IMG/VR virus record: IMGVR_UViG_2706795158_000001
Location: 39,335 to 103,334 of that record
Origin: a virus
DNA length: 64,000 bases
Direction: 5' to 3' (one strand)
Every line of letters begins with the position of its first letter. The first letter of the stretch is position 1. Under the pieces are notes generated by a model, which saw nothing but the letters and a program-made list of their open reading frames with translations, made no database searches and was not told where the DNA came from. The translations under genes were made by a program, and so were the position numbers. Positions 17,664 to 28,429 of this stretch are shown here, piece after piece.

Positions 17664-20177
17664 ATGGTAGTTCAACGATATAAACCTAATGCCGAGGTCA
17701 CTTTCTTTACTGAAGAGGGTCAGCTAGTAGCAAGGGGTGTAGCTGACCCTAATAGTAAGGTAGACAATGACATTGTGGCGGTCTACACTAATAGAGATAT
17801 AGGGGAAGATGCTCCTGTATTCAATATAACCCTCACTAACCGAAAGCCTTGGCATAGGTGGATTACTGCAAATGATATGTTAATTATCAAAATGTGCAGA
17901 CCACCTGAAGCCTTGGCTGAAGTTATGTTTGGACTAGTAGACTTTGCAGGCAAGACTGTAGACGCTAACAACGATGCGCCGTCTCGTACTATTTCAGTAA
18001 AGGGCAGAGGGTTTGCTAAAGCATTCATACAGTTTGATATTGGTATCGTGCCTGAAGCACAGTTCAATATTGAAAAGCTAGGTTGGGTTCAGACTCTTGG
18101 TATTACACTAGACCAAGCAACCCCAGACCAGCTAGCAAAAGCAGCATACGATAAGATAGCCAAGCCTTTCATAAACTACAAGTGGAAAGGCTCTAAAGCT
18201 TTATTCGACATACTGAAAACTAAGTTTAGTGCAAGAAAAGATATGAAATTACTAGACACGTCTGGTTTAATGGCATGGCAAGGTAGTTTGCTAGGTATGT
18301 ACAATGCTATAGCAGAAAAGCCTTTCCATGAGATATTCTACGAGGTAGAGAATGGCTCCCCTACTATGGTTATTAGAGAGACTCCTTTCAATAAGGACAA
18401 GTGGGATAAGTTGCCTTCTGTAGAAATTGGAGACCAAGACGTAGTGACGGACGATACAGGCAGAGGAGACCTAGAGACTTACACAATGTTCTCTGTAAGT
18501 GCCAAGACGTTAATGGCTCCAGATGATATGTTTAAGACCTTTGGGGTTCGTCCATACTGGTATCCACCATATAAGAATAAATATGGTATCAGACGCTTGA
18601 CAGTAGAGACTTCTTATCTAGCAGTAAATGGTACCCCTACTGGAGGAGGAACGGGTACAGGTGGTACAGGTGTAGGTGCTGGAGGTACTACAGGTGCTCC
18701 CCTTAATCCTGACCCTCCAGGTGTGGGCGGTAATACAGGAGGTAACAACGGAGGTACTGGTACTAACCCAACCAATCCAACTACTCCTACTGACCCTAGC
18801 CAACCAAATGCTGGTAACGGTAGCCAAACTACTACAAACCAAGATGGTTCTACGGGTACAACACCTGCTAATGGTAACGGTACTGGTTCTGTTGACTTGA
18901 TGAAAGGTCTTATGGAAGACCTATATAATTGGAATATTCTTAATAACCATTTCTATAGTGGAAATCTCGTTGTAAAAGGCAGTAACAAATACAAGGTGGG
19001 AACAAGACTTGTATATAAATCGGTAGAAGACAATTCCACTATTGAATATTACATTAAGTCAGTCACCCAGAATTTCAATACCTTTGGTGCATGGGTTACA
19101 ACTCTAGGGGTGATTAGAGGGTGTGAACCATCTAAACGCTTTAGCCCACCAGTAGGCAAGTTCGAACAGTACGAAGGTCATGGCTTCTTAGGTGACAACA
19201 GTACTATTGCAGAGCAAAAAGCTAGTGGCGGTTTACCTAACCTCAATGACCTGTGGAGTCAGATATTTGGAGGTATGTTCGGTGGAGGCGGTCTACTAGG
19301 GGGCTTAATACCTGGACTAGGTGGTGGATTAGGAGTAGGTATAGATGGTAGTGCTGCACAGAAGGTAGTAGCAGGTGCCCAGAGTATCCTACAAAATGGT
19401 ATCAATGGTGTGAGAGTTCGCTATACGTTCGGTGGAGGTAACCCTGCATCAGGTGCTCTAGACTGTTCATCCTTCACTCAATACGTTTACAAGACTTATG
19501 CAGGTATAGATATTGGCAGGGTTACTGGGGAACAGGTTAAGAAAGGTACTGAAGTATCTAAGCAAAATCTACAACCAGGTGACTTAGTATTCTTCAAGAA
19601 TACTTACAATAGTGGATACATCTATGGGGTTTCTCACGTAGGTATTTATGTAGGTAATGGTAACTTTATTGAGAACTCTAGTTCTAAGTCAGTTACCCTA
19701 ACTGCTTTAAGTAATTCCTATGCTACTGCCCACTGGCTGATGGGAAGGCGTGTACTAGCAGCCTCCACTGGTGGAGGAGGTACAGGCGGTGGTGCTGGAG
19801 GTGCAGGTAATGGTCAAGTATCTGCTGGTGCTGGTGGTACTAAGTTCATAGCGACTGTGTATAGTTCACCAAACATTGACAATTACTCACCAAACACTAC
19901 TACTGCTGTAGGTGCTCCTACTGTAGAAGGTGTTACTATAGCAGTTGACCCTAAAGTCATACCACTACACAGTCAGGTACAGATTACTTGTCCTTCCTAT
20001 CCAGCAGTCAATGGTACCTATACTGCACAGGATACAGGTAGTGCAATCAAAGGTAACCGTATTGATATCTACTGGGAAGGTAGACCACCTAGGAATGCGG
20101 AAGCAGTTAAGAAGGCTATGAATAACTTCGGTAAGAAGGAAGTCTTTGTTAAGGTACTAAGATACGGGAAAGGGTGA
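17664..20177 (+). CDS. Baseplate hub/tail lysin with NlpC/P60 peptidase and 3D domains
   Basis: LDCSSF (Cys at 19464), SHVGIYVG (His at 19635); AVDPKVIPL...QDTGSAIKGNRIDIY 3D motif; Gly/Thr-rich linkers. Confidence 0.88.
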   Translation: MVVQRYKPNAEVTFFTEEGQLVARGVADPNSKVDNDIVAVYTNRDIGEDAPVFNITLTNRKPWHRWITANDMLIIKMCRPPEALAEVMFGLVDFAGKTVDANNDAPSRTISVKGRGFAKAFIQFDIGIVPEAQFNIEKLGWVQTLGITLDQATPDQLAKAAYDKIAKPFINYKWKGSKALFDILKTKFSARKDMKLLDTSGLMAWQGSLLGMYNAIAEKPFHEIFYEVENGSPTMVIRETPFNKDKWDKLPSVEIGDQDVVTDDTGRGDLETYTMFSVSAKTLMAPDDMFKTFGVRPYWYPPYKNKYGIRRLTVETSYLAVNGTPTGGGTGTGGTGVGAGGTTGAPLNPDPPGVGGNTGGNNGGTGTNPTNPTTPTDPSQPNAGNGSQTTTNQDGSTGTTPANGNGTGSVDLMKGLMEDLYNWNILNNHFYSGNLVVKGSNKYKVGTRLVYKSVEDNSTIEYYIKSVTQNFNTFGAWVTTLGVIRGCEPSKRFSPPVGKFEQYEGHGFLGDNSTIAEQKASGGLPNLNDLWSQIFGGMFGGGGLLGGLIPGLGGGLGVGIDGSAAQKVVAGAQSILQNGINGVRVRYTFGGGNPASGALDCSSFTQYVYKTYAGIDIGRVTGEQVKKGTEVSKQNLQPGDLVFFKNTYNSGYIYGVSHVGIYVGNGNFIENSSSKSVTLTALSNSYATAHWLMGRRVLAASTGGGGTGGGAGGAGNGQVSAGAGGTKFIATVYSSPNIDNYSPNTTTAVGAPTVEGVTIAVDPKVIPLHSQVQITCPSYPAVNGTYTAQDTGSAIKGNRIDIYWEGRPPRNAEAVKKAMNNFGKKEVFVKVLRYGKG

Positions 20178-20182
20178 TTGCT

Positions 20183-21319
20183 ATGCAATTTCAACCACAT
20201 CTTGGTAGGGAATTTAAAGATAACTACAAGCCACAGGACAGACTTAACTTCATGTCCTTGGCTAAGGTTATCAAAGTCCACCATAAGCACCATACAGCAG
20301 ATGTGCAGTTGATTAAAACTAATGACACCATACGTTCCAGTGAAGAATCTGAAGGTAAGTATAGTGCTAAGATACTTACTCAAGGTGCTCACTTTGATGA
20401 TACAACAATAGGAACATCTGGTGTCATGTACCCTATCCAAGAAGGTCAGCTAGTAGTAGTTGCCTTCTTGGATGGAGTATACACACAACCAATTATTATT
20501 GGTAGTACTCACAATAACAAAATGGATGAGTTTAATATTCTTCCTAATAGATACCCTCTAAGACCTGACAGTTCTCTAGAGGATATGAGGGAAGCACTAA
20601 AGTACCTCAATGTACATCCATCTCAATTCTACACAATGATAGATGGTATAGGTTCTGTGGAGATGTCCCACCCTTCTAAGACTTTTCTAAAGATTGACCC
20701 AGACTTATACAGTGAGATATCGGATGAGCATGGAGGGTTTGACCACCAACATTTAACAGAGCGTGACCCTATGACGTATAGACCTCGTTCTGCTAAGACA
20801 GAGAATACTGCATACCCTGTTAAAACGCTCTTCAACTACAGAACTAGCTTTGAGGATACTGACACTACTTGGACTAAGTTCTTCCTTAATAGCGACGGAA
20901 TGCTTAGGGTGACTAGAGATACCAACGATGAAGCTATAACTTACCAAGAGTTAGGTGCACGTGGGGAGTACAAAGTTCGTAGACAATTAGATAGCTCTAA
21001 GCATGGTGAGGGTAAAGACTTTGTAGAGCTAGTCATCGAAGAAACAGGTAGAACCATTATTAAGAGGTCTGTAGATGGCAATGAGTCTATGATAGAGATA
21101 AGCGAGCTAGGAGACATAGCACTAGAGAATTCTACAGACACCTATGTCAGAGTAACCGTTGATGGGGATATTAATTTACGAGCAGATGGAGAACTAAATA
21201 TAACAACCCAGAACGGTAAAGCTTTTCCAGTATTGGTTTCTAGCGAAGAACCGCCAAACCCAAAGGACGGGTTAATTTGGTTAGACACAAGCATTCCAAC
21301 GGAGGTGCCTAAGCCATGA
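20183..21319 (+). CDS. Putative baseplate spike/central protein (N-terminal OB-fold type)
   Basis: LAKVIKVH...ADVQ and PIQEGQLVVVAFLDG...PIIIGS motifs; follows the hub. Confidence 0.6.
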   Translation: MQFQPHLGREFKDNYKPQDRLNFMSLAKVIKVHHKHHTADVQLIKTNDTIRSSEESEGKYSAKILTQGAHFDDTTIGTSGVMYPIQEGQLVVVAFLDGVYTQPIIIGSTHNNKMDEFNILPNRYPLRPDSSLEDMREALKYLNVHPSQFYTMIDGIGSVEMSHPSKTFLKIDPDLYSEISDEHGGFDHQHLTERDPMTYRPRSAKTENTAYPVKTLFNYRTSFEDTDTTWTKFFLNSDGMLRVTRDTNDEAITYQELGARGEYKVRRQLDSSKHGEGKDFVELVIEETGRTIIKRSVDGNESMIEISELGDIALENSTDTYVRVTVDGDINLRADGELNITTQNGKAFPVLVSSEEPPNPKDGLIWLDTSIPTEVPKP

Positions 21320-21825
21320 ATGCACAAAACGATGGAAAGAACAAACTTAGACGTATGGAATTCATCTTCAATGGTCAATCCTTTAAACTAGCATTAAACC
21401 CAGAGGAATACGACCAGTCTCAACCTAGCAGGGTGGCTATTACCCAAACTAAAGGTGGGGCTTGGGTAGATGACTGGGGTGCTGGTATTGCTAATATCAG
21501 CATGAAAGGTACTACTGGTTGGAAGAATGGTACAGGAGACCCTACTAGTGGTTTCAAGAAGTTTAGAGAGTTACAAGCAATGGTAGAAGCTTACTACACT
21601 AAACTACCTCCTGGCTCTACTATACCAGCAGATAAGGAAATGATATTCCATAACTACACAGATGAACAGCACTACGTAGTAATACCTAAGGTTTTCAGGC
21701 TATTTAGGTCTGTAGCTAGACCATTGCTTTATCAATACCAGCTTGAGCTAATATGTCAACGTGATGCTAGTGCTCCTGCTAGTCAAGGTAGATCCGTTGA
21801 AATACGACAGGGAAGGGTGCAGTGA
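21316..21825 (+). CDS. Baseplate/tube-initiator-like protein
   Basis: LNPEEY..SQPSRVAITQTKGG.WVDDWG motif; ATGA overlap. Confidence 0.55.
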   Translation: MNAQNDGKNKLRRMEFIFNGQSFKLALNPEEYDQSQPSRVAITQTKGGAWVDDWGAGIANISMKGTTGWKNGTGDPTSGFKKFRELQAMVEAYYTKLPPGSTIPADKEMIFHNYTDEQHYVVIPKVFRLFRSVARPLLYQYQLELICQRDASAPASQGRSVEIRQGRVQ

Positions 21826-21829
21826 TGAT

Positions 21830-22453
21830 ATGTATGCTAATCCATCAGAAGACTATATCTCTGCTAATATGAATTCTAAGGCTCTTAACTACCTGTTAGA
21901 CACTATGTGTAACATTAGCGCTGTATTGGGAGATACGGATGGTAAGGTAACTATAACTACAGCTACAGATATTACCAAGTCTTTAGATATAGCTGGTACT
22001 GGGGCAGTCCTGTCCAACACTGAAGTTATACAGGACGCTCCTTCTTCATATCTAATTGAAGAGTATTATACTCCAGAGGTAGTTTATGAATCCTATCTTA
22101 CTTATATAGGGATGAGGTCAGGAGACCCATACTATGTACTGAGTATAACTGATAGTAGAGAGGTAACAAGCCCTCTTCTAACTCTAACTAGAGAGCCTCA
22201 TGTACCTGCTTACCTTACTATCAGAAGCCTTTACTTGGAAGCCTTCAGCCTGTACAAGAATGCTATAGAGCTAAAGACTCTAGACTCTTCACACGCAGAT
22301 AAGGTCATAACCAATTGTAGGGTGCTTGCTTCATTCTTAGCTACTAAAGACAAAGTGAACTATGACCTGTTAGAAGTACTAAAGACCTTAAAAATGTCCC
22401 TAATGTTCCTTAAACACTACGCTTACTTACTACCTGAACAGGAGGGATACTAA
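21830..22453 (+). CDS. Hypothetical baseplate-region protein
   Basis: ORF in the baseplate cluster; likely ATG 21830 after ggaagggtg. Confidence 0.6.
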   Translation: MYANPSEDYISANMNSKALNYLLDTMCNISAVLGDTDGKVTITTATDITKSLDIAGTGAVLSNTEVIQDAPSSYLIEEYYTPEVVYESYLTYIGMRSGDPYYVLSITDSREVTSPLLTLTREPHVPAYLTIRSLYLEAFSLYKNAIELKTLDSSHADKVITNCRVLASFLATKDKVNYDLLEVLKTLKMSLMFLKHYAYLLPEQEGY

Positions 22454-23052
22454 TGAAATATCGTAAGTATTTGGTCAAGCACAGTGACACAATACAAATG
22501 ATAGCCCAGAATGAGCTAGGAGACGCTGCTAAATGGACTGAACTAGCTCTTTTGAATGACTTGGCTTACCCATTCATTGATACCCTCTCTAGTAAAGGTG
22601 TGGTAGCTCCTGGGGATTATCTATTAATCCCTATGGGTGAGGGTATGGAATCTGACCCTAGCTTAGTGTATGGTCAAGACCTTTTGCTAACCACTGACAA
22701 GTTCAGTCTAACAAATGGTACGAACGGTGACCTTATAGCTCAAGATGGAGACTTTGCTATAATAGATGGAGTACAAACCCTTAAACAGGACTTATTCCAC
22801 AGACTGCTTACACCTCTAGGCACTCTCCCTTATCATCCTAATTACGGTAGTAACATGCCAATGTTAGTAGGTACTGTCAGAACAGATGAGTGGCGAGTTA
22901 AGATGAGTATAGAGGTAGCAAGGACATTCAAGAGCGATGCTAGAGTACTAGATGTTGCCAACATTAAAGTAGAGCCTATTGACAATGGTGTTATCATTGA
23001 ATGCGACATCATCACAGATGTAGGGGAAACTAGAATACATGGCATTATATAG
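22453..23052 (+). CDS. LysM-like domain fused to gp25-like baseplate wedge domain
   Basis: YLVKHSDTIQMIA..ELG..W..LALLN...PGDYLLIP (LysM-like); LLTPLGTLPYHPNYGS...DARVLDV (gp25-like). Confidence 0.7.
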   Translation: MKYRKYLVKHSDTIQMIAQNELGDAAKWTELALLNDLAYPFIDTLSSKGVVAPGDYLLIPMGEGMESDPSLVYGQDLLLTTDKFSLTNGTNGDLIAQDGDFAIIDGVQTLKQDLFHRLLTPLGTLPYHPNYGSNMPMLVGTVRTDEWRVKMSIEVARTFKSDARVLDVANIKVEPIDNGVIIECDIITDVGETRIHGII

Positions 23053-23064
23053 GAGGTGTGACAG

Positions 23065-24108
23065 ATGAAAATAAAGACTATGAAAGAGATAGTGTCTGAC
23101 ATGGCAGGTTATATGGTGACTGTTGGTAGTAAGATTACTAACTTCAATCCAGGCTCTATAGTAAGGACTCTGTTTGAAGCGGTAGCTACAGAGATAGAGC
23201 AATTATACTTCAAAATGAAGAAAGGTCATGCTGAAGCTATAGAAGGCTCTCTGTATACTAGCTTTGGTTTCAGTAAGACACCTGCTGTTAAGTCTACTGG
23301 TTTGTTAACCCTAGAGTTTAAAGCGCCTTTAAGCCTAGTATTTACAATCAGTAAAGGACACACATTCTATACAGTTCCAGTAAAGGGAAAGGTTATCTAC
23401 TTTGAATGCTTAGAGGATAAGACTGTTCCTATAGGTGAAACCTCTGTAGATGTCAAAGTTCAGTGTACAGAAGCAGGGGAGGTTGGTAACGTACCACCTC
23501 TATCTATCCGTAGTGTAATGTCTCCGTTGCCAATGGTAGAGCGTATGTACAACTTATCACCTTTCCATACAGGCTTACCTGAAGAGACTACTGAACAACG
23601 TAAGAAGCGCTTCAGTAACTTCATTGGTACTTTACAGAGAGGTACGGTTGAGTCCATAAAGTATGGGGTGTCTCAAATACCTGACGTTGCTGGGGTTAAT
23701 GTGAAAGAGGATGTAGGTCTTATCTATATCTACGTTCATGATGCACAAGGTCAGTTACCTGCTCCGCTACAAGCACAAGTAGAGAATCTCCTACCTAATT
23801 ACAAGTGTGGAGGAATCAAACCTATTGTATCAAAGGTTAATATCAAGACGGTAGACATTGACATCAAGGTTACTATTGAGAATGGGTTTGATAAAGGCAC
23901 ATATGCTCTAATCATCTACAACTCTGTTAGTACCTTCTTAGAAAAGTATACGGTGGGCAAACCTTTACTAAGAGCTGAGTTAGTGAGGTTCATAATGAAC
24001 TTAGACTACAATGCTATAATGAACGTTAATCTTAGTATTGACAAGGACGTTATAGCAGTAGAGAACGAATTAGTAAGACCTGGTAAGCTTACTATAAATA
24101 TAGAGTAG
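23065..24108 (+). CDS. Baseplate J-like protein
   Basis: ITNFNPGSIVRTLFEA, VQCTEAGEVGN, GLPEETTEQRKKRF, RGTVESI motifs. Confidence 0.88.
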   Translation: MKIKTMKEIVSDMAGYMVTVGSKITNFNPGSIVRTLFEAVATEIEQLYFKMKKGHAEAIEGSLYTSFGFSKTPAVKSTGLLTLEFKAPLSLVFTISKGHTFYTVPVKGKVIYFECLEDKTVPIGETSVDVKVQCTEAGEVGNVPPLSIRSVMSPLPMVERMYNLSPFHTGLPEETTEQRKKRFSNFIGTLQRGTVESIKYGVSQIPDVAGVNVKEDVGLIYIYVHDAQGQLPAPLQAQVENLLPNYKCGGIKPIVSKVNIKTVDIDIKVTIENGFDKGTYALIIYNSVSTFLEKYTVGKPLLRAELVRFIMNLDYNAIMNVNLSIDKDVIAVENELVRPGKLTINIE

Positions 24109-24119
24109 GAGTGGTTTAC

Positions 24120-24656
24120 ATGGCATTCATTAGTAAACTAGCTTCCTTCTTTAATAGAAAGTCTAAAGGGGAGTTAGGCAACCTAGCAGGTGCTTGGCAG
24201 AAATCCCTTGATAAGGCTGAATCAGACCTAACAGAGCTAGAACTCCAATATATTATAGACACTGCTACTGGTGAGTGGCTAGAAGAATGGGGTTCTTGGT
24301 TCGAGGTTAGTAGGAAGCTCAATGAAACAGATGAAAAGTATAGAGTCCGAATTAAGCTGAAAATGACCAGAGCCAAGAGTACTATCCCAGCACTAGTAGC
24401 AGCGGTTAAAGAGGCAATGGGAGAGGATACAATTGTAGTGCCTTATGAGACCTATAAGGACTTGTTTATACACAATATGTCCCCCCTAAGCGGAACACAC
24501 AAGTTACAAGACGCTGAGTACACTAGGCTTGCAGTAGTAGTACTGAAGATAAATAAGCAACTTACTCCAGAAGCTGACCTATTGGTTCGTAGTGTTAAAG
24601 GTGCAGGTATAAGACTTATAATTGAATACGTGCCTAATCTACAGCCACAACCTTAA
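24120..24656 (+). CDS. Baseplate wedge protein (gpI-like)
   Basis: TATGEWLEEWGSWFEVSRKLNETDEKYRVRI motif; follows baseplate J. Confidence 0.7.
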   Translation: MAFISKLASFFNRKSKGELGNLAGAWQKSLDKAESDLTELELQYIIDTATGEWLEEWGSWFEVSRKLNETDEKYRVRIKLKMTRAKSTIPALVAAVKEAMGEDTIVVPYETYKDLFIHNMSPLSGTHKLQDAEYTRLAVVVLKINKQLTPEADLLVRSVKGAGIRLIIEYVPNLQPQP

Positions 24657-24661
24657 TCATA

Positions 24662-24696
24662 CCCTGTACCGCAATATGCGGGCAGGGATATTTTAT
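24662..24696 (+). terminator. Putative terminator
   Basis: ccctgtaccgca-ata-tgcgggcaggg followed by atatttt. Confidence 0.5.
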
Positions 24697-24742
24697 TAGA
24701 AATTAGAATAGTAGAACTGAACGAAAAGGAGATGAAAACCAT

Positions 24743-27700
24743 ATGATTAATAAAGACGCTCCTTACTACGATGACTTTGACCCAACCAAGAAGTACAGTA
24801 AGATTTCCTTTGTACCAGGTAGGGTAGCCCAAGCACGTGAGTTTACTCAAATGCAGACAATCATGTATGAGTATCTTAAACGAGTGTCAGATACACTGTA
24901 CAGAGACGGTTCTGTAGTGTCTGGGATGGGTTGGACTCTGACTAGTAACACAATAAAGATTGAAGCAGGTAAGGTATATCTTAAAGGTGTGGTTCATCTG
25001 TTCGATGCCCAAGAGATACCTATTACTAAAAAAGGTAAGGAAATTGTAGGTGTTAAGCTGAAAGAAGAGATAATTACTGAAGCTAATGACATCTCCCTTA
25101 CAGACCCAGCCCTTAATATGGGTAACTATGGACAACCAGGTGCTCATAGGGTTAAGTCTAGTGTTGAGCTTAAAATCAATGACCCTGATGCCTCTCCTAT
25201 CTATGAGTTTAATGAAGGAGAGCTACAGTTAGAAATGGCAAGACCTCAATTCGATAGCGGATTGATGGATATGTTAGCTAAACGCACTAAAGACACTAAC
25301 GGTAACTATCGAGTGGTTGGACTAGATTTAAGTGCTGAAGAGCACGATGCCAACAATATGAGGGTTATAGTAGAGGCTGGTACAGCATATATAATGGGTT
25401 ATGAAGTTATTAAGGTGACCCCTGTTAAGAAGATTATACCTAAGGCTTTAGATACTCGTGTTGTGCAGAATGAACCACAGATATACTTAGGAAACCAAGA
25501 CAAGTACCCATTGAATAACGCTCCTGCTAAACGCATAGACCGTGTATCAGGTGAGGTACAGATTACAGAAACCGTTACAAGGGGTGCTACTATTAATGGT
25601 ATGGACTCACTAAGTAAGACTCCTGTAGCTGATATAGTATCTATCACTGGTTATACTAAGGGAGCAGACTATCAATTATCTGCTGATAAGGTAGACTGGG
25701 GTGTTGGTGGCGTAGGTGCTCTTGAGCCTGCTACTGGTTCTACGTATTCTGTAACATATAAGTATAGAAAGAACTTTGTCGACAATACAGATTACAAGCT
25801 CACTACTATCACTGATGGATGGGGTGTAACAAAAGATTACATCCAGTGGCTTGCAGGGGATAAGCCTGTTAATAATACACAGGTCAACCTTGACTACCAG
25901 TTCTACTTACCACGTGCTGACTTAGTGTCTATTGACCGTTATGGTAACGTAATAGTAACTCAAGGTCAGAGTGATGTAGAATCGAACGTAGTAGCTCCAC
26001 AACCATCTAGTGATGAACAGCTAGTCCTTGGTGCGGTTTATATAAATCCTGGACCAAATAATAAGACTGCTAAGACTAAATTCAATGCCATAACAAGAAT
26101 GGAAATGGGAGAGATTCAACGTCTAGCTAGACGTGTTGATGACTTGGAGTATAACCAAGCAATAACAGCCCTTGACCGTGACGCAATGGCAGGAGAACTA
26201 CCTTCAGACTTAAAAGGTATCTTCTCTGATAGCTTTAGGTCTGTTACACGTGGTGACTTATCTCATCCAAACTTCAATATTATGTACTCGTTAGAAGATG
26301 GGGTAATTATGTTACCTACGGATACAACTAAGGACATCAAGCCAAATATTAATATGGACTTGTCTAATGTTAAGTCATTTGGTCGTTTAATAGGTGCTCC
26401 TATGAATGAGGTTGTGGGCATTGAGCAGCCATATGCTACTCAATCAATGTTAGTCAACCCTTATCTATCATTTAACGTATTCTCTAGCTTGAAGCTTACA
26501 CCTGCTTCAGATAACTGGGTGGATGAGAGCTATATCAAGATTGAGAACACTGAATACAGTGTACGTAACTTCTATCGTTGGTGGGGACACCCAGAAGCAG
26601 TACCTTGGGTACAAGACCTGTTAGACCTTAAGATGGATGATGGAAGAACAGTAGGAGACTGGAGACCACCTTGGACACCAGGTGAAACAGTGGATACTTC
26701 ACCTAGAACAACCGTATCTAAGGTTGAGAAGTCTCGTAGTATATTAGAAGATGCTATTACTGTCATGAGACAGATTGACATAGAAATCTTCTGTGAGAAC
26801 TTACAACCTTCAGCAGATAACCTAGAGCTAACGTTCGATGGTGTTCGTGTATCACTTACTCCTGTCAAGGGTAGTGTGTCAGGTGCTAATCCTGGTACTG
26901 TTAGAGCTAATAGTTCTGGTCAAGTGTGGGCTAAGTTTAGAATACCTGCTGGTGTTAAGACTGGTACTCGTGAAGTTATGTTACGAAACAGTACTAACTC
27001 TGCGGTGGCTTCATTCACATCTATTGGTACTAAAAGAACAGTTACAGATACTATTCTAACTAAACGTATTACCCTAGTGCCTGTCGATCCACTAGCACAG
27101 ACATTTGAGTTCGATAGAGACACTTTAATGACCTCTGTAGGGGTTTACTTCTCTGCCAAGCATGACACAAAACCTTGTACGGTACAGATTCGTAACGTAG
27201 TCAATGGTTATCCAAGTAACGTTATCTATGCTGAGAAGGTTCTACAACCTTCAGATATTAAGACTAGCTCTAACGCTATTTTGGAAACTAAGATTACATT
27301 TGATGACCCTGTTATGTGTCAAGCTAACATCCAGTACTGTATAGTGGTTCTGTCAGACAATGACAAACACTCTATGTGGGTGTGTGATTTAGGTCAGAAG
27401 GACGTTACTACTGGAGTACAAGTTACTCAACAGCCATACCTGATTGGTATGTTATTCAGCTCTAAGAACGCTAAGACATGGACTGCTCACCAGTCTATGA
27501 ACATGAAGTTCAAGGTATATAAAGCTGAATTCCAACCTACAGGAGTAATTGAGTTTGACCCTATCTCTAACTTAGGAGCAGACCGTCTAGTACTTCTTGC
27601 AGATTACCTAGTACCTGCTAATACAGGCTGTATCTGGGAGGTTAGTTTGGATGATGGGATGTACGTTCCACTAGCCAACTATGAGCCACATGACTTATCA

Positions 27701-28117
27701 CAGATTGTTAGTAAGGTTAAGCTGAAAGCTACCTTCAAGTCTGAAAAGAATATGTCTCCATTAATGTCTAAGGATAGTTTCACCTTAGTAGGATTCATGT
27801 CAGGTAAGACAGGTTCATACCTAGGACGTACAGTAGAGATGCCTCAAATCTACACTACTGTTAAACAAACTTATGATGCTCACTTACCTGCTGGGTGTAC
27901 AGTAACTCCACAGTTCAGTTATGACGATGGAGCTACTTGGATTACACCTCCTCTAGTAAGTAGTCAACAGGTATCTTCTGATTATATTAGATATAACCAT
28001 GAGGTAGCTGTACCAGCAAATAAGAATGCTAAGAAGTTCAAAGCACGCTTAAATCTATCCACACCTAATGCGGTAATTAGACCTACGGCTAGAAGGTTCA
28101 TTAATATTATGAAGTAA
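24743..28117 (+). CDS. Large baseplate/adsorption-associated tail protein (DUF4815-like)
   Basis: N-terminus PYYDDFDPTKKY...F.PGR..QAREFTQMQ typical of this family. Confidence 0.8.
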   Translation: MINKDAPYYDDFDPTKKYSKISFVPGRVAQAREFTQMQTIMYEYLKRVSDTLYRDGSVVSGMGWTLTSNTIKIEAGKVYLKGVVHLFDAQEIPITKKGKEIVGVKLKEEIITEANDISLTDPALNMGNYGQPGAHRVKSSVELKINDPDASPIYEFNEGELQLEMARPQFDSGLMDMLAKRTKDTNGNYRVVGLDLSAEEHDANNMRVIVEAGTAYIMGYEVIKVTPVKKIIPKALDTRVVQNEPQIYLGNQDKYPLNNAPAKRIDRVSGEVQITETVTRGATINGMDSLSKTPVADIVSITGYTKGADYQLSADKVDWGVGGVGALEPATGSTYSVTYKYRKNFVDNTDYKLTTITDGWGVTKDYIQWLAGDKPVNNTQVNLDYQFYLPRADLVSIDRYGNVIVTQGQSDVESNVVAPQPSSDEQLVLGAVYINPGPNNKTAKTKFNAITRMEMGEIQRLARRVDDLEYNQAITALDRDAMAGELPSDLKGIFSDSFRSVTRGDLSHPNFNIMYSLEDGVIMLPTDTTKDIKPNINMDLSNVKSFGRLIGAPMNEVVGIEQPYATQSMLVNPYLSFNVFSSLKLTPASDNWVDESYIKIENTEYSVRNFYRWWGHPEAVPWVQDLLDLKMDDGRTVGDWRPPWTPGETVDTSPRTTVSKVEKSRSILEDAITVMRQIDIEIFCENLQPSADNLELTFDGVRVSLTPVKGSVSGANPGTVRANSSGQVWAKFRIPAGVKTGTREVMLRNSTNSAVASFTSIGTKRTVTDTILTKRITLVPVDPLAQTFEFDRDTLMTSVGVYFSAKHDTKPCTVQIRNVVNGYPSNVIYAEKVLQPSDIKTSSNAILETKITFDDPVMCQANIQYCIVVLSDNDKHSMWVCDLGQKDVTTGVQVTQQPYLIGMLFSSKNAKTWTAHQSMNMKFKVYKAEFQPTGVIEFDPISNLGADRLVLLADYLVPANTGCIWEVSLDDGMYVPLANYEPHDLSQIVSKVKLKATFKSEKNMSPLMSKDSFTLVGFMSGKTGSYLGRTVEMPQIYTTVKQTYDAHLPAGCTVTPQFSYDDGATWITPPLVSSQQVSSDYIRYNHEVAVPANKNAKKFKARLNLSTPNAVIRPTARRFINIMK

Positions 28118-28124
28118 TGAGTTT

Positions 28125-28154
28125 GGGCAGGTATATTATACCTGTCCATTCTTT
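28125..28154 (+). terminator. Putative terminator
   Basis: gggcaggtat-att-atacctgtcc followed by attcttt. Confidence 0.55.
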
Positions 28155-28189
28155 ATGCACTTTTAAATTTACAGAAAGGGGATGTTGGT

Positions 28190-28429
28190 ATGCCAGAAAT
28201 GAAGGTACTGGAGAGTGGGGGTATAGTATTCGTCCCTACGGCAGAGGAACAAAAGGTAGCAGATATGAAGATACAAGCACAGAAAGACCTAGAAGAAGCT
28301 CAAATAATAAAGACCCAAGCCCAACAAGAGCTATTCGAGGTCAGGCAAATGAAGGAAGAAATAGAGGTGATACACAGAAGAGCAGAGAAAGTATTACAAG
28401 ACTTGAAGGAGATGAGACGAAATGGCTAG
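28190..28429 (+). CDS. Small coiled-coil protein
   Basis: SD AAAGGGG; overlaps the tail fibre start. Confidence 0.75.
   Translation: MPEMKVLESGGIVFVPTAEEQKVADMKIQAQKDLEEAQIIKTQAQQELFEVRQMKEEIEVIHRRAEKVLQDLKEMRRNG

Noticed and set aside
18627-19850. GGT/GGA-rich DNA repeats as a repeat array or CRISPR
   Set aside because: Explained by Gly-rich linkers in the hub protein; no repeat-spacer periodicity
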